Shown here: piece by piece, positions 21,126-31,745 of the stretch
Layout: each line of letters opens with the position of its first letter
Position numbering within the stretch: position 1 is the stretch's first letter
Source of the DNA: Candidatus Binatia bacterium
GTDB lineage: Bacteria; Desulfobacterota; Binatia; Bin18
DNA: 64,000 bases
Direction: 5' to 3'
Assembly (NCBI GenBank): GCA_963666315.2
Contig: CAXXHG010000043.1
Coordinates: 448,001 to 512,000, forward strand
Made by a program: the position numbers and the translations under genes
Notes under the pieces: generated by a model
Told to the model about the DNA's origin: nothing
Seen by the model: the letters and a program-made list of their open reading frames with translations, nothing else
Databases searched by the model: none

Positions 21126-22721
21126 ATGCCACGGCGCAGCTCCAAGAAGAAATCCCAGTTTGCTTTCCCCCCGCCAGAGCCTATTCCGGATAATGCGTGC
21201 TGGATTGAGAGCGATTCGTATGACCGCGCCGCCTATAAAAAGCTGCGCAGCGAATCTCCCTCGTTGCGCACGCTGGAGGAGAGTGGCGGAACCCTCCTGC
21301 CCCATTTTGATGCGCTGCTGCGTAATCTCTTTTGTGCGCTGTTTAAGTACAACGTCATTTTCTTTCAAGACACGGAAGTCTTGCCTAGTGCGGCCTTTAG
21401 CCGGGTGTTATTAACCACACTCCATACGGGCGAGCTGGCGCAACTGCTGCGCGAAGCAACCGTCCTGGATGAGGCAAAAGCCGGACTGGCAACCGTGCTG
21501 CTTGGAGAGGGGGCGCTGCGCTTACTCAAGTCTGAAAAAGCGCTCACACGTCGGGATTTGCTTGATGTCTGGAACGTGCAGCAGCAAGAGGAGCTGGTGC
21601 AAGAGAAAATCGACGAAGCCCAAAACGCAAAGGAATTAGCCGAACAATCTAACGGATCAGTGGACGTCTCAAAACAAGTCAAAGCACTGCTCGAACAAAC
21701 CGCTGCCAAAATGGCCAGCCAGGCGCGGACCGAAGAGACACGCCTACGACGTCAAGCCAAACAACTCAACGCAGATCTGTCTCGCGCCCAAAAAGAGACC
21801 CACAATCGCTTTCTCAAGGAAGTAATCGCCGTTACCCAAAATCTTGACGATGCAACCCAGGAAGCCGAATCCTGGAGTCTGGCCGTCGGCAGTGGACAGA
21901 ATTCTTCGCCTGGCCGCCAGATTGAACTCGGCAAACATTTGGCTGGCAACGCCAAACTCAAAAAGCTGGCCAAGCTGGTCGGGCGAATGAAACACCACGC
22001 GCTCGCCCTGCGGCGTAAGATTTTTGAGCGCAGGAATGATGAGGTCTTCGAAGTCGGTGTAGGGGCTGAACTGAGTCGCTTACTGCCGCACGAGTTACTG
22101 AGCCTGCAGCATCCCCTCTTACGGAAAGACTTCATCCGGCGTTTTGTGGATAATAAGCTTTTACAGTACGACTTGCGCGGGGTGGAGGAGAAGGGCAAAG
22201 GCCCGGTTATCGTGTGCTTAGACGGCAGCTCTTCGATGATGGGCGATAAAGAAATCTGGGCCAAGGCATTGACGTTAACGCTGTTAGAAATTGCCCGCCG
22301 GGAACGCCGCCTGTTTCGGTCGATTTGCTTTTCAGCCGCAAACGTCCCACTCCAGGTTGTCGATCTCAACCCGCGCGTTCGCTACGAGGCGGAAATAGAC
22401 AAAGTCATGCAACTGGCGGAGTATTTCCCCGGCGGTGGAACGGACTTTGAAAAACCGCTCGATGCCGCCCTGGCGTGTATCCAAGAGTCTCGTTTTAAAC
22501 GCGGCGATATCGTGTTTATTACGGATGGCGAATGCCGGGTGCACGATGACTGGGCCGAACGCTTTTGGGCGGAAAAGGAAGCACTGGGCTTTTCGCTCTT
22601 CTCTATTTTGATTGACGTTGGCACGAGCTCGCTCAATTCGCTCAAAGCCTTTAGCGATAAAATTACCAGCGTATCCCAGCTCACAAGCGAAGGGGTCAAA
22701 GATTTGTTTGTAAAGTTGTAG
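21126..22721 (+). CDS. VWA domain protein (ViaA-like partner of the AAA ATPase)
   Basis: LSRLLPHEL, KGP.IVCLDGSSSM (MIDAS DxSxS), GGTDF, ITDG. Confidence 0.9.
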   Translation: MPRRSSKKKSQFAFPPPEPIPDNACWIESDSYDRAAYKKLRSESPSLRTLEESGGTLLPHFDALLRNLFCALFKYNVIFFQDTEVLPSAAFSRVLLTTLHTGELAQLLREATVLDEAKAGLATVLLGEGALRLLKSEKALTRRDLLDVWNVQQQEELVQEKIDEAQNAKELAEQSNGSVDVSKQVKALLEQTAAKMASQARTEETRLRRQAKQLNADLSRAQKETHNRFLKEVIAVTQNLDDATQEAESWSLAVGSGQNSSPGRQIELGKHLAGNAKLKKLAKLVGRMKHHALALRRKIFERRNDEVFEVGVGAELSRLLPHELLSLQHPLLRKDFIRRFVDNKLLQYDLRGVEEKGKGPVIVCLDGSSSMMGDKEIWAKALTLTLLEIARRERRLFRSICFSAANVPLQVVDLNPRVRYEAEIDKVMQLAEYFPGGGTDFEKPLDAALACIQESRFKRGDIVFITDGECRVHDDWAERFWAEKEALGFSLFSILIDVGTSSLNSLKAFSDKITSVSQLTSEGVKDLFVKL

Positions 22722-22771
22722 CTCATAGACCTGAAAGGTCTACCCGAAAAAGCGTAAAGACTGCGATACAG

Positions 22772-23977
22772 ATGACTGTGCCATCAGCCCTGTCCGACCT
22801 CCGTGTCCTTGATTTGACCGACATTAAAGGAGCCCTGTGTGCCAAGCTTTTTGGGGATATGGGAGCGGACGTTCTCAAGATCGAGCCACCGGGTGGGGAC
22901 GTTATGCGTCGCATCGGTCCGTTTCTCAATGGCAAACCGCATCGGGAGCGCAGCCTCCTGTTTTGGTTTTACAATACGAGTAAACGCGCTATTACGCTCG
23001 ATCTAAATCAGACGGCTGGCCAGGAACTCTTCAAAAATATGGTTGTAAAAGCGGACATTGTAGTGGAATCCGCAGCTCCTGGGACACTCGCTCAGCTCGG
23101 CTTGGGCTATGACGATCTGAAGCGGATCAACCCGAACATCGTGCTTACCTCAATTACGCCGTTTGGCCAAACCGGACCGTATAAGGACTATCGTGCTTCA
23201 GACATAGTGGCCGAAGCCGTGGGTGGGATGATGTGGACCAATGGTTTCCCGGATGAGGCGCCGCTGCACGGAATGGGACTGCAGGCCTACCACAGTGCGT
23301 CTTTTTTTGCGGCTATTGGAACCATGTCCGCTCTGTGGGCGCGCGATGCCCTAGGCGAGGGCCAATGGGTTGATGTGAGTATGCAAGAAGCAGCCGCCGG
23401 AGCGGTGGAACACATAGCGCCGTTCTATCATCAGGGACTTGGCATTGAGAAACGTCAGGGCAGTCTGCATTGGAGCCGGTATTTCCGCGTGGCCAAATGC
23501 CGTGACGGCTATGTCATGCACTGTTCACTCGGCGATTGGACCTCGCTTGTCGAATGGGTGAAGGGCGACGGCAAAGCCCGCGACCTCGATGACGCGCACT
23601 GGGAAGACCTCACCTATCGAAAAGAAAACGCCGAACACTTGTTCGATATTCTTGATGACTGGGCGGCAGACTATAGTGTGGCGGAACTGATGGAGGGCGC
23701 GCAGTTACGGCGTATTCCGTATGCCATGGTCAGACCGCCCGAAGCCTTGGTGGATGATCCGCAATTGAACGACCGAGGCTTTTTCTCGGACGTTGAACAT
23801 CCAGAACTGAGTCAGTCGTTCCGTTACCCTGGCGGCCCAAGCCGTTTTAGCGCTACGCCGTGGCGCATCGCGCGCCGCCCACCGCTGCTCGGGGAGCATA
23901 ATAACGAGGTGTACAGCGGAGAACTGGGTCTGGCTTCAGGCCGGTTGGCGGAACTGGCGGAGTCGGGCGTGATCTAG
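22772..23977 (+). CDS. Family III CoA-transferase, BbsE-like subunit apparently lacking the catalytic Asp
   Basis: LSDLRVLDL, DMGADVLKIEPPGGD, NTSKR, PPLLGEHN; QAY at the position of the usual active-site Asp. Confidence 0.9.
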   Translation: MTVPSALSDLRVLDLTDIKGALCAKLFGDMGADVLKIEPPGGDVMRRIGPFLNGKPHRERSLLFWFYNTSKRAITLDLNQTAGQELFKNMVVKADIVVESAAPGTLAQLGLGYDDLKRINPNIVLTSITPFGQTGPYKDYRASDIVAEAVGGMMWTNGFPDEAPLHGMGLQAYHSASFFAAIGTMSALWARDALGEGQWVDVSMQEAAAGAVEHIAPFYHQGLGIEKRQGSLHWSRYFRVAKCRDGYVMHCSLGDWTSLVEWVKGDGKARDLDDAHWEDLTYRKENAEHLFDILDDWAADYSVAELMEGAQLRRIPYAMVRPPEALVDDPQLNDRGFFSDVEHPELSQSFRYPGGPSRFSATPWRIARRPPLLGEHNNEVYSGELGLASGRLAELAESGVI

Positions 23978-24141
23978 CAAAACAGAAAAGAAATAAGGGA
24001 CGGGTAGGTAGGAGAACGAAGAGTCCTCATCTCAGCGGTACCCACGTGGGGTCTGTAGAGAAGGTGGCCCAGTCTGCTAGAATCGCTGCTCTGTTCCAAC
24101 TGGTGTTATAGTATCGTAAAGAGCGAAGGGAAAAGGCGGCC

Positions 24142-25047
24142 ATGAGTGAGCCCATTGTATTGACGACTAACATTGAAGGACTACCTCCAACGCGACGTGG
24201 GAAAGTTCGAGACATTTACGAGACTGACGGACATCTGCTGATCGTTGCAACAGACCGTGTTTCCGCCTTTGACGTCGTGTTGCATGAAGGTATTCCCGGA
24301 AAAGGGCGCGTCTTGACCCAAGTGTCACGTTTTTGGTTTGACCGCTTGGCCGACATCGTGCCGCATCATCTTCTTTCTGTTGATGTGGATGATTTCCCGG
24401 CTGTGTTTCAGCCGGCCCGGGACAGTCTGGCCGGCCGTTCGATGCTGGTGAAAAAGGCACAGCCATTGCCGGTCGAATGCATCGTGCGTGGTTATCTGGC
24501 CGGGTCCGGCTGGCAAGAGTATCGGGCGACCGGAGCGGTATGCGGCATCACACTGCCTGAAGGACTGCGCGAGAGCGAACGTCTGCCTGAGCCCATTTTC
24601 ACCCCATCAACCAAAGCCCCGGAAGGCGAGCACGACGAGAATATCTCTTTTGCCGAAGTCGAACGTTTGATCGGTGCGGATCTGGCGGTTCAAGTCCGAG
24701 ACGTGAGCCTGGCTTTGTATAACAGCGCGCATGCTTTTGCAGAGACCAAAGGCTTTTTCTTGGCTGATACAAAATTTGAGTTTGGTCTATGGAATGGCCA
24801 GCTCATCCTGATTGATGAAGCCTTTACCCCGGACTCGTCACGTTTCTGGCGTGCTGCCGTGTATCAGCCGGGTAAGCCGCAAGACAGCTACGACAAACAA
24901 ATTATTCGTAATTACCTGATTTCGCTAGGTTGGGACCGGAGACCGCCTGCGCCGCATTTACCCCAGGACATTATTGATCAGGCTGCTGCACGCTATCAAG
25001 AAATCTATAAGCAACTTACCGGCGAAGACGGCTCAGTAACCGGGTAA
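24142..25047 (+). CDS. purC: Phosphoribosylaminoimidazole-succinocarboxamide synthase
   Basis: RGKVRDIY, ATDRVSAFD, ECIVRGYL.GSGW, FTPSTKA, ADTKFEFG, DE.FTPDSSRFW. Confidence 0.97.
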   Translation: MSEPIVLTTNIEGLPPTRRGKVRDIYETDGHLLIVATDRVSAFDVVLHEGIPGKGRVLTQVSRFWFDRLADIVPHHLLSVDVDDFPAVFQPARDSLAGRSMLVKKAQPLPVECIVRGYLAGSGWQEYRATGAVCGITLPEGLRESERLPEPIFTPSTKAPEGEHDENISFAEVERLIGADLAVQVRDVSLALYNSAHAFAETKGFFLADTKFEFGLWNGQLILIDEAFTPDSSRFWRAAVYQPGKPQDSYDKQIIRNYLISLGWDRRPPAPHLPQDIIDQAAARYQEIYKQLTGEDGSVTG

Positions 25048-25063
25048 GCGAAAGGGATACCGC

Positions 25064-26029
25064 ATGTCTGCGAGTCTTAGCCTTTGGGTCGGCTTTACTG
25101 TTATCGTTCTCGTTATTCTGATTCTTGACCTTGGAGTCTTTCATCGTCACGCTCACGAGGTCTCACGAAAAGAAGCCGGGCTGTGGTGTCTCTTATGGGT
25201 GAGCCTGGCGCTGTCATTTGATGGCTGGATCTATTATACCCAGGGGCCGGAACCCGCGCTTGAGTTTCTCGCCGGCTATCTTATTGAAAAATCGCTCAGC
25301 TTCGACAATATTTTTATCTTTCTATTGATCTTCTCTTATTTTTCCGTTCCTCGGATATACCAACACCGCGTCCTTTTTTGGGGGATCATAGGCGTACTCC
25401 TCATGCGCGGTATCTTTATCGCCGTGGGAGCGACGCTGCTGCATCACTTCCATTGGGTGATGTATATTTTTGGTGCGTTCTTGATTTTTACCGGTATCAA
25501 AATGCTCCTGTCAAAAGACACCGAAACCGACCCCGGCAATAACCCCGCAGTCAAGCTTCTGCGCCGCTTTATGCCGGTGACCGATGCGTATGAGGGCCAG
25601 CATTTCTTTGTCCGCAAAAACGGCAAACTGTTTGCCACCCCACTCTTTGTGGTCCTCATCACGGTTGAAAGCATGGACCTCATTTTTGCGGTGGACTCCA
25701 TTCCCGCCGTCTTTGCGGTGACCAAGGACCCGTTCATTGTCTATACCTCGAACGTCTTTGCCGCGCTCGGCTTGCGCGCCTTGTACTTCCTGATTGCCGG
25801 CGTGCTCGATCTGTTTGTTTACCTGCGCTACGGGCTTGGTGTTGTGCTCAGTTTCGTCGGCGTCAAAATGGCCTTGGTCGATGTGTATCAAATCTCGATT
25901 GGCCTTTCGTTAGGGGTTATTGCCGTCGTACTGACCATTACGATTGTCGCTTCTCTGCTTTTTCCACCTAAAGAGCCGGAATCGAATGGCTCTGCTCAGC
26001 CTGAAGAGGACGTTTCTGAAGTGGGATAG
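25064..26029 (+). CDS. TerC/Alx family membrane protein
   Basis: EKSLS.DNIF.F, QHRVLFWG, DLIFAVDSIPA, F.VYTSNVFA..GLRALYF. Confidence 0.94.
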   Translation: MSASLSLWVGFTVIVLVILILDLGVFHRHAHEVSRKEAGLWCLLWVSLALSFDGWIYYTQGPEPALEFLAGYLIEKSLSFDNIFIFLLIFSYFSVPRIYQHRVLFWGIIGVLLMRGIFIAVGATLLHHFHWVMYIFGAFLIFTGIKMLLSKDTETDPGNNPAVKLLRRFMPVTDAYEGQHFFVRKNGKLFATPLFVVLITVESMDLIFAVDSIPAVFAVTKDPFIVYTSNVFAALGLRALYFLIAGVLDLFVYLRYGLGVVLSFVGVKMALVDVYQISIGLSLGVIAVVLTITIVASLLFPPKEPESNGSAQPEEDVSEVG

Positions 26030-26125
26030 GCTATCTCAAGCAAGCGAATAGCCGTCCGTATCGGCCTAGTCAGGATGAGCCAGGGCTGGGCGGCGACTGA
26101 TCTTCAGCAATCTTTGAGGAAGAGC

Positions 26126-27445
26126 ATGACAATACAGCGGAAAAGGCGCCGGGCGCTGGAAGGCGTGCGCATTCTCGACTTTACCTGGGTCGTAGCGGGT
26201 CCGGTCGCGACACGCATCCTGGCCGACCAAGGCGCGGAGGTCATTAAGGTCGAGCGGCGCGATACGCTCGATCTTGGGACGCGTCGGGGTGGTTTCAGCG
26301 GCAATTTGCATCGCGGTAAAGAGAGCATGGTCGTCAATATGGCCGATCCACGTGGCATCGAGATCGCCCAGCAACTCGCCGCAGTGTCGGACGTGGTGAT
26401 AGACAACTTCAGCGCCCGCGTCATGCGCAACTGGGGCCTTGATTATGAGAGCCTCAAAAAGATTAAGCCGAATATTATTGCCGTTTCTATGTCGGGCTTT
26501 GGACACACCGGGCCGCAAAAGGATTATGTCAGCTATGGTCCGACGCTGCAGGCATTGTCCGGCTATACGCTCCAGATGCGTCATCCGGGTGGAGAGCCTG
26601 CTGGCTGGGGCTATTCGTATGCAGACATGACCGGCGGCTATAGCGGCGCGCTGGCCGTGCTCATGGCCCTGTGGCATCGCAAGCGTACCGGCCAGGGACA
26701 GTTTGTCGACCTGTCGCAGTTTGAAGCCATCTCCAGTTTGATTGGTCCGGGCATGCTGGACATTTTACATAACGACACGCCAAGTGAACCTATCGGCAAC
26801 CGTTCGCAAGAAGCCCCGGCTGCCCCGCATGGGGTATACCGATGTGCGGGGGAAGACCGCTGGTGTGCGATTGCCGTGTTTACCGAAGAGGAGTGGCAGA
26901 ATCTGTGTCGCGTCATGGAGCAGCCTGCTTGGACCCAGGAGACACACTTCGCCACCCTAGCCGGTCGCCTGGAGCATAACGACGTACTCGACCGTCATCT
27001 TGAAGGCTGGACCCGGCAGCAGACTGCTAAAGATGTGATGTCGCGTTTGCAACAGGCTGGAATTGCGGCCGGGGTGGTGGCAAACGGAGAAGATCTGGAC
27101 CAAGATCCACAACTCCAAGCTCGTGGCTACTGGGCGCGCATGCAGGCATCCGAGGGACAAGATCGGATGGGTGTGATGGCTGGGATGGATATGATGGCTG
27201 GGATGGATATGATGGCTGGGATGGATATGATGGCTGGGATGGACGTTGTCCTTGACGGCCCACCCCTCAAACTCTCACAAACGCCAGGCTATGTCGCAGC
27301 ACCAGGACCGTTGCTGGGTGAGCACACCGACAGTGTCCTCAGCCGACTGCTCGGCTATTCTTCGGAACAGCTTGCCCAACTCAAGGAAGATCGCGTGATC
27401 GCGTCACATGCAGAGATTCACGCCGAGCGGGCGGAGCGGGAGTAA
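26126..27445 (+). CDS. Family III CoA-transferase, BbsF-like subunit, with in-frame Met-rich repeat
   Basis: LEGVRILDFTWVVAGP, LADQGAEVIKVE, DNFS, YADMTGG (catalytic Asp), GPLLGEHT. Confidence 0.92.
   Translation: MTIQRKRRRALEGVRILDFTWVVAGPVATRILADQGAEVIKVERRDTLDLGTRRGGFSGNLHRGKESMVVNMADPRGIEIAQQLAAVSDVVIDNFSARVMRNWGLDYESLKKIKPNIIAVSMSGFGHTGPQKDYVSYGPTLQALSGYTLQMRHPGGEPAGWGYSYADMTGGYSGALAVLMALWHRKRTGQGQFVDLSQFEAISSLIGPGMLDILHNDTPSEPIGNRSQEAPAAPHGVYRCAGEDRWCAIAVFTEEEWQNLCRVMEQPAWTQETHFATLAGRLEHNDVLDRHLEGWTRQQTAKDVMSRLQQAGIAAGVVANGEDLDQDPQLQARGYWARMQASEGQDRMGVMAGMDMMAGMDMMAGMDMMAGMDVVLDGPPLKLSQTPGYVAAPGPLLGEHTDSVLSRLLGYSSEQLAQLKEDRVIASHAEIHAERAERE
27165..27243 (+). repeat. 18-bp coding tandem repeat ATGGCTGGGATGGATATG (3 perfect copies plus partial flanks)
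   Basis: Units at 27176, 27194, 27212, partial at 27230; encodes (MAGMDM)n. Confidence 0.95.
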
Positions 27446-27454
27446 GGAGAAAAT

Positions 27455-28255
27455 ATGCCGTTTGCAAACGTCAATGGAATCGAGCTGTACTACGAAACGC
27501 ATGGCGAAGGCCCAGCGCTTGTTTTGGCCCATGGCGGCGGAGGCAGTCACCTGAGTTGGTGGCAACAAGTCCCTGTGCTCTCACAAACCTATCAAGTCAT
27601 TACCTTTGACCACCGGAGCTTCGGGTTGTCACGCGACCTGCCCGACGGGCCAGGACCGACTGCCTTTGTCGAAGACCTGACCGGATTGCTGGACCATCTG
27701 GGCGTTCACCAGGCTGCAGTCGCCGGACAATCGATGGGCGGGTGGACCGTATGCGGCTTTGCTGCCGCGCACCCGGAACGGACCAGCGCGCTCATTCTGT
27801 GTGATACAACGGCGGCCGTGGAAACCCCGGAAATCGACCGGACGCGTGCCCGCTTGCGCGAACGGTCCGAGGGGAATTTGGCTCAGATTCTCACCAGCGC
27901 ATATGCCTTGTCGTTTCCCGAGCGGCAGCCGGCCTTGTGTTTTCTGTACCAGCAAATCTCGGCACTCAACCACCAGGTGTCACCTCAGCTGATCCCTATT
28001 CTTATGGAGATGCAAAACAATACTGGACCGATTGTGGCATATGCAATCCCAACGTTGCTCCTGGTTGGGGAAGAGGATGTCTTAACCCCGCCCCCGGCGA
28101 TGCAAAGCATCACAACCAAAATTCCGCACGCTCGTTTTGTGACCGTAGCGCAGGCGGGGCATTCAGTGTATTTCGAACAGCCCGAAGATTTTAATCGTAT
28201 TGTGGCTGAATTTTTACGGGAGAACGGGCCATCTCGACCCCTAGGGGCGACGTAA
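27455..28255 (+). CDS. Alpha/beta hydrolase
   Basis: HGGGG, D.R.FG.S, nucleophile GQSMGG, GEED, AGH. Confidence 0.93.
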   Translation: MPFANVNGIELYYETHGEGPALVLAHGGGGSHLSWWQQVPVLSQTYQVITFDHRSFGLSRDLPDGPGPTAFVEDLTGLLDHLGVHQAAVAGQSMGGWTVCGFAAAHPERTSALILCDTTAAVETPEIDRTRARLRERSEGNLAQILTSAYALSFPERQPALCFLYQQISALNHQVSPQLIPILMEMQNNTGPIVAYAIPTLLLVGEEDVLTPPPAMQSITTKIPHARFVTVAQAGHSVYFEQPEDFNRIVAEFLRENGPSRPLGAT

Positions 28256-28265
28256 CCTCGCCTAC
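28242..28265. repeat. Degenerate copy of REP-like palindrome
   Basis: TAGGGGCGACGTAACCTCGCCTAC resembles the palindrome at 55916-55942. Confidence 0.55.
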
Positions 28266-28401
28266 CTTACCCTACGATATTTTGCCACACAGACAGTGAC
28301 AATGGACCCAGTCGCATTGAGTCGGCAGCCTACATCCAACCGCGTACAATAACACAGGGTGGGAAGCGTCATGTGAGGGCGCGGTATGTGGTGTGTTGTG
28401 T

Positions 28402-30310
28402 ATGGCGAGTCGAAGTCATTATTCTGTCACCTCTCAAGACCGGCAGAGTGGTGGACATCCGGTCCGCTTGTTTGTGATCAATCTGGGCTGTCTGGTGCTG
28501 CTCGCCAGCTTCGGGTTTGCATGGATCTTTTATCACGACCTGACGCGGGCGCTTCCTGAGGTTGGGCATCTTGCCGCGATATGGCGGCAAGATGCCGCGC
28601 GTTACTTGCGAATTGGCGTGCTGGCCGGACGGTCCAAGGCGGCAGCACGATTACCCAACAGGTTGTGAAATCTTTCCTGCTCAGCTCGGAGCGGAGTTAC
28701 CGGCGCAAGATTCAAGAAATTATTTTGGCAATCCGACTCGAACGCCATGCGAGCAAGGCCGAAATTCTGGCCCTATATCTGAACCAGATTTATCTGGGCG
28801 GTGGCGCGTACGGAGTGGAGACTGCCGCGCGGGAATATTTTGGAAAATCAGTCACGGATCCTTCCTTGGCCGAGGCTACGCTCCTCGCTGGGCGTCCGCC
28901 CGCACCGAGTCGGTACTCGCCCCGGCGGCACCTTGAACGGGCCAAATTCCGTCAACGCTACGTGCTGGAACGCATGCTTGATGAGCATGTCGTATCCTAT
29001 ACCCAAGCCATGGCTGCCTGGAAGGAGAGTTTCTCTTTCCGCAATCCTCGCCCCGCCGTGTCCTTTGCCCGGGCGCCACACTTTATGATGCAAGTCCGTC
29101 AGTTTCTCGGCGGCCGGTACGGGCGGGAGGTGAGCCCGCAGCTTGGGCTGAACGTCTATACCACCCTGGACTCAGCGTGGCAGCGTATTGGAGAACGGGC
29201 TATCCGAAATGGTATTCACGCGCTGTGTGAACAGACTGGATGCGGCCAAGGGGATATCCCGTGGCCCTAAGGAGCCCTGATCTCAATTGATCTTACGTCC
29301 GTTCACATCAAGGCCATGGTGGGCAGCTACGACTTCCGCCGCAGCCAGTTTAACCATACCACCCAAGCCAGGCGCCAACCCGGCTCGGCCTTTAAGCCCC
29401 TGGTTTACGCCGCCGCCTTGGATCGGAACTATACGCCAGCAAGTATCATTGTCGACTCTCGGGTCTCCTACAAAGATGGGAGACGGACGTGGACGCCTCA
29501 GAATTACGAACGCCGCTATTTTGGGCCGACTCGACTGCGTAAGGCGCTCACACACTCTCGTAATATGGTAACGGTCAAAATGGCAGCGGCATTAGGGATG
29601 GATTATCTCACTATGTATATCTCTCAACTCGGGATTTAGAGTCCCCTGGCCAGAAATCTTTCGCTTGCCCGCGGGACCTCGGAGGTCACGCTCCTGGAGC
29701 TCGCCCGCGCCTACGGAGTGTTTGCGACCGGGGCTTTCTACTTGAACCGAGTGTAGTTTCTAGGATTACTGATAGTCAGAGAAATTTTTTAGAGGAGCTG
29801 ACCCCGCAGCGTAAGCGGGTCATCTCAGCCGAGATAGCCTATCTGATGACCAGCATGCTGCAGAGTGTTGTTGAGGCTGGGACCGGAGGGCGGGTGCAGT
29901 CGCTGGGCCGGTCGGTGGCCGGGAAAACGGGTACGAGTGACGACTTCCACGATGCGTGGTTTATAGGTTATACGCCTGACATTCTTACCGGAGTCTGGAT
30001 CGGTTTCGACAGACGTCGTTCGCTCGGTGAAAGACAGACCGGGGGGCGTGTGGCCGCCCCCATCTGGCTCGAATTCATGCATGCGGCCACTCAGGATCCG
30101 CCCCTGCGCAATTTTAAGATTCCGGAAGGCATTGCCATCATGCATATTGACCCTAGGACGGGTTTACGTGCCCGCCCTGGCGGGCCATCCCTATTGGAAT
30201 GCTTCCGCCGTCGTACCGAGCCGACTGTCTATGCGAAAGCGCCGGTTTATGCTGATCCGGTACTGTTTCCGGGCCTCCTTGCCGCCCGCTCGTCAGAAGA
30301 CGGATTTTAA
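28402..30310 (+). pseudogene. Class A penicillin-binding protein (PBP1A), decayed
   Basis: QGGSTITQQ, RK.QE, YLNQIY.G, QPGSAFKP, SRN, KTGT motifs; in-frame TAA 29268-29270 and TAG 29637-29639, frameshifts and apparent internal deletions. Confidence 0.9.
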
Positions 30311-30316
30311 TGCTCA

Positions 30317-31351
30317 CTATGGGGTAGGCGGCAGCTCCCAATGACGTTGTTGCACGGCGCGTACATTGGGGAGCAGGCCCTGCCGTTCGTATTCCGGCAG
30401 TGACTGGTCAATGGATTCTCCGCCCATTTCGTCCAACACATGGATGACTGAGGTCTCAAGAGCCTCAAGGTCGTAGCCCCCTTCAAGAATGGCGGCAAAC
30501 CGGCCTTGGGCATGATCGCGGGCCACGCGCAGGAGAATGCGCGCGAGTGCGCTAAATCCCTCCTCGGTGACGGTCAGGCCGCCAAGCGGATCACGTACGT
30601 GGGCATCAAAGCCGGCAGATATCAAGACAAACTCAGGCTCAAACTGGCGGCAAATAGGGTCGAGCACATCTTCAAAAAGTGGCTGCAAGGCGGCATTTCC
30701 CCAGCCGGCAGTAAGAGGTAGATTGACCGTATAACCCTCTCCGCTGCCCTGTCCGGCTTCTTCAGCTGCGCCCGTGCCTGGATAGTATGGGTATTGGTGA
30801 GTCGAGACGTACAGCACGCCGGGATCGTCATAAAAGCTCTGCTGCGTGCCATTCCCATGATGCAGATCCCAGTCCATGATGAGAATGCGGCTCAGGCCAA
30901 ATCGTTCTCTGAGGTATTGGGCCCCAATTGCGATGCTATTGAATAAACAGAAGCCCATCGCCCGGCTGCGCTCGGCATGATGCCCGGGCGGCCGGACCAA
31001 GGCAAAGCCATTATCCACATCACGTTCCATGATAGCGTCCAGAAGGGTCAGCAGTCCTCCGGTTGCTAAGAGTGCGGTCTCATACGATTGGGCGGAAACA
31101 CGGGTATCCGCATCAAAGGCGGCAGACTCTCTTCCGGCAGATGCAGCGACCTGGTTAATCAGGCTGGTATCATGGACCAAGGCGACTTCTTCGTGGGTGG
31201 CCAGGCGTGGCTCAAAGAGTGTGAGTCCGTCGCGTTGATAGGACGTAAAGCGACTCAGCAGGGTGCCGATCCGCTCTGCCCGCTCCGGGTGACCTTGGCC
31301 TGGGTTATGGTGTTGATAGCGTGAGTCCAGCACAGTGCCTGTCCGCAACAT
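30317..31351 (-). CDS. Histone deacetylase family (class II-like) amidohydrolase
   Basis: HPE...R, RPPGHHA, GFCLFN, DWDLHHGNGTQ, SAGFDAH..DPL, LEGGY. Confidence 0.95.
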   Translation of the reverse strand: MLRTGTVLDSRYQHHNPGQGHPERAERIGTLLSRFTSYQRDGLTLFEPRLATHEEVALVHDTSLINQVAASAGRESAAFDADTRVSAQSYETALLATGGLLTLLDAIMERDVDNGFALVRPPGHHAERSRAMGFCLFNSIAIGAQYLRERFGLSRILIMDWDLHHGNGTQQSFYDDPGVLYVSTHQYPYYPGTGAAEEAGQGSGEGYTVNLPLTAGWGNAALQPLFEDVLDPICRQFEPEFVLISAGFDAHVRDPLGGLTVTEEGFSALARILLRVARDHAQGRFAAILEGGYDLEALETSVIHVLDEMGGESIDQSLPEYERQGLLPNVRAVQQRHWELPPTP

Positions 31352-31454
31352 ATCTCGCTCCTTTTTTCTCCCGTCCCCGAGCCCCTAACCCCTGATCCCT
31401 GTTTGTAACTTGCGTCAGTTTTCCGATTATACTACCGTAACCCAAGAGGCAAAT

Positions 31455-31742
31455 ATGTTTGGAATCGGGATGCCGGAATTGGTTGTGATTATGGTCGTGG
31501 CGTTGATCGTACTTGGCCCAAAACGCTTGCCCGAAGCGGCCAAGGGTTTGGGCAGAGCCCTGAGAGAATTTCGTCATGCGACCAGCAACCTGACCGAAGA
31601 ACTCAATGACGCGCAAATCATGCTTGATGAGGAGACGCGTAAAGCGCAGCGCGCCCTGCACGCGAAGCCGAAGCCGAAGCCAGCCGCCACTTCGGAGACG
31701 GCAGTAAAGAAAAAGAAAGAGGATGCTAGAGGGGACGCCTAG
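31455..31742 (+). CDS. Twin-arginine translocase TatA/TatB subunit
   Basis: MFGIGMPELVVI..VALIVLGPKRLPE..K.LG; directly upstream of tatC. Confidence 0.93.
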   Translation: MFGIGMPELVVIMVVALIVLGPKRLPEAAKGLGRALREFRHATSNLTEELNDAQIMLDEETRKAQRALHAKPKPKPAATSETAVKKKKEDARGDA

Positions 31743-31745
31743 GGC

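Noticed and set aside
19985-22721. Novel AAA/VWA defence system
   Set aside because: Matches the known RavA-ViaA type MoxR/VWA chaperone pair with no extra effector genes.
27165-27243. CRISPR array
   Set aside because: Repeats are head-to-tail with no spacers, lie in frame inside a CDS, and no cas genes are present.
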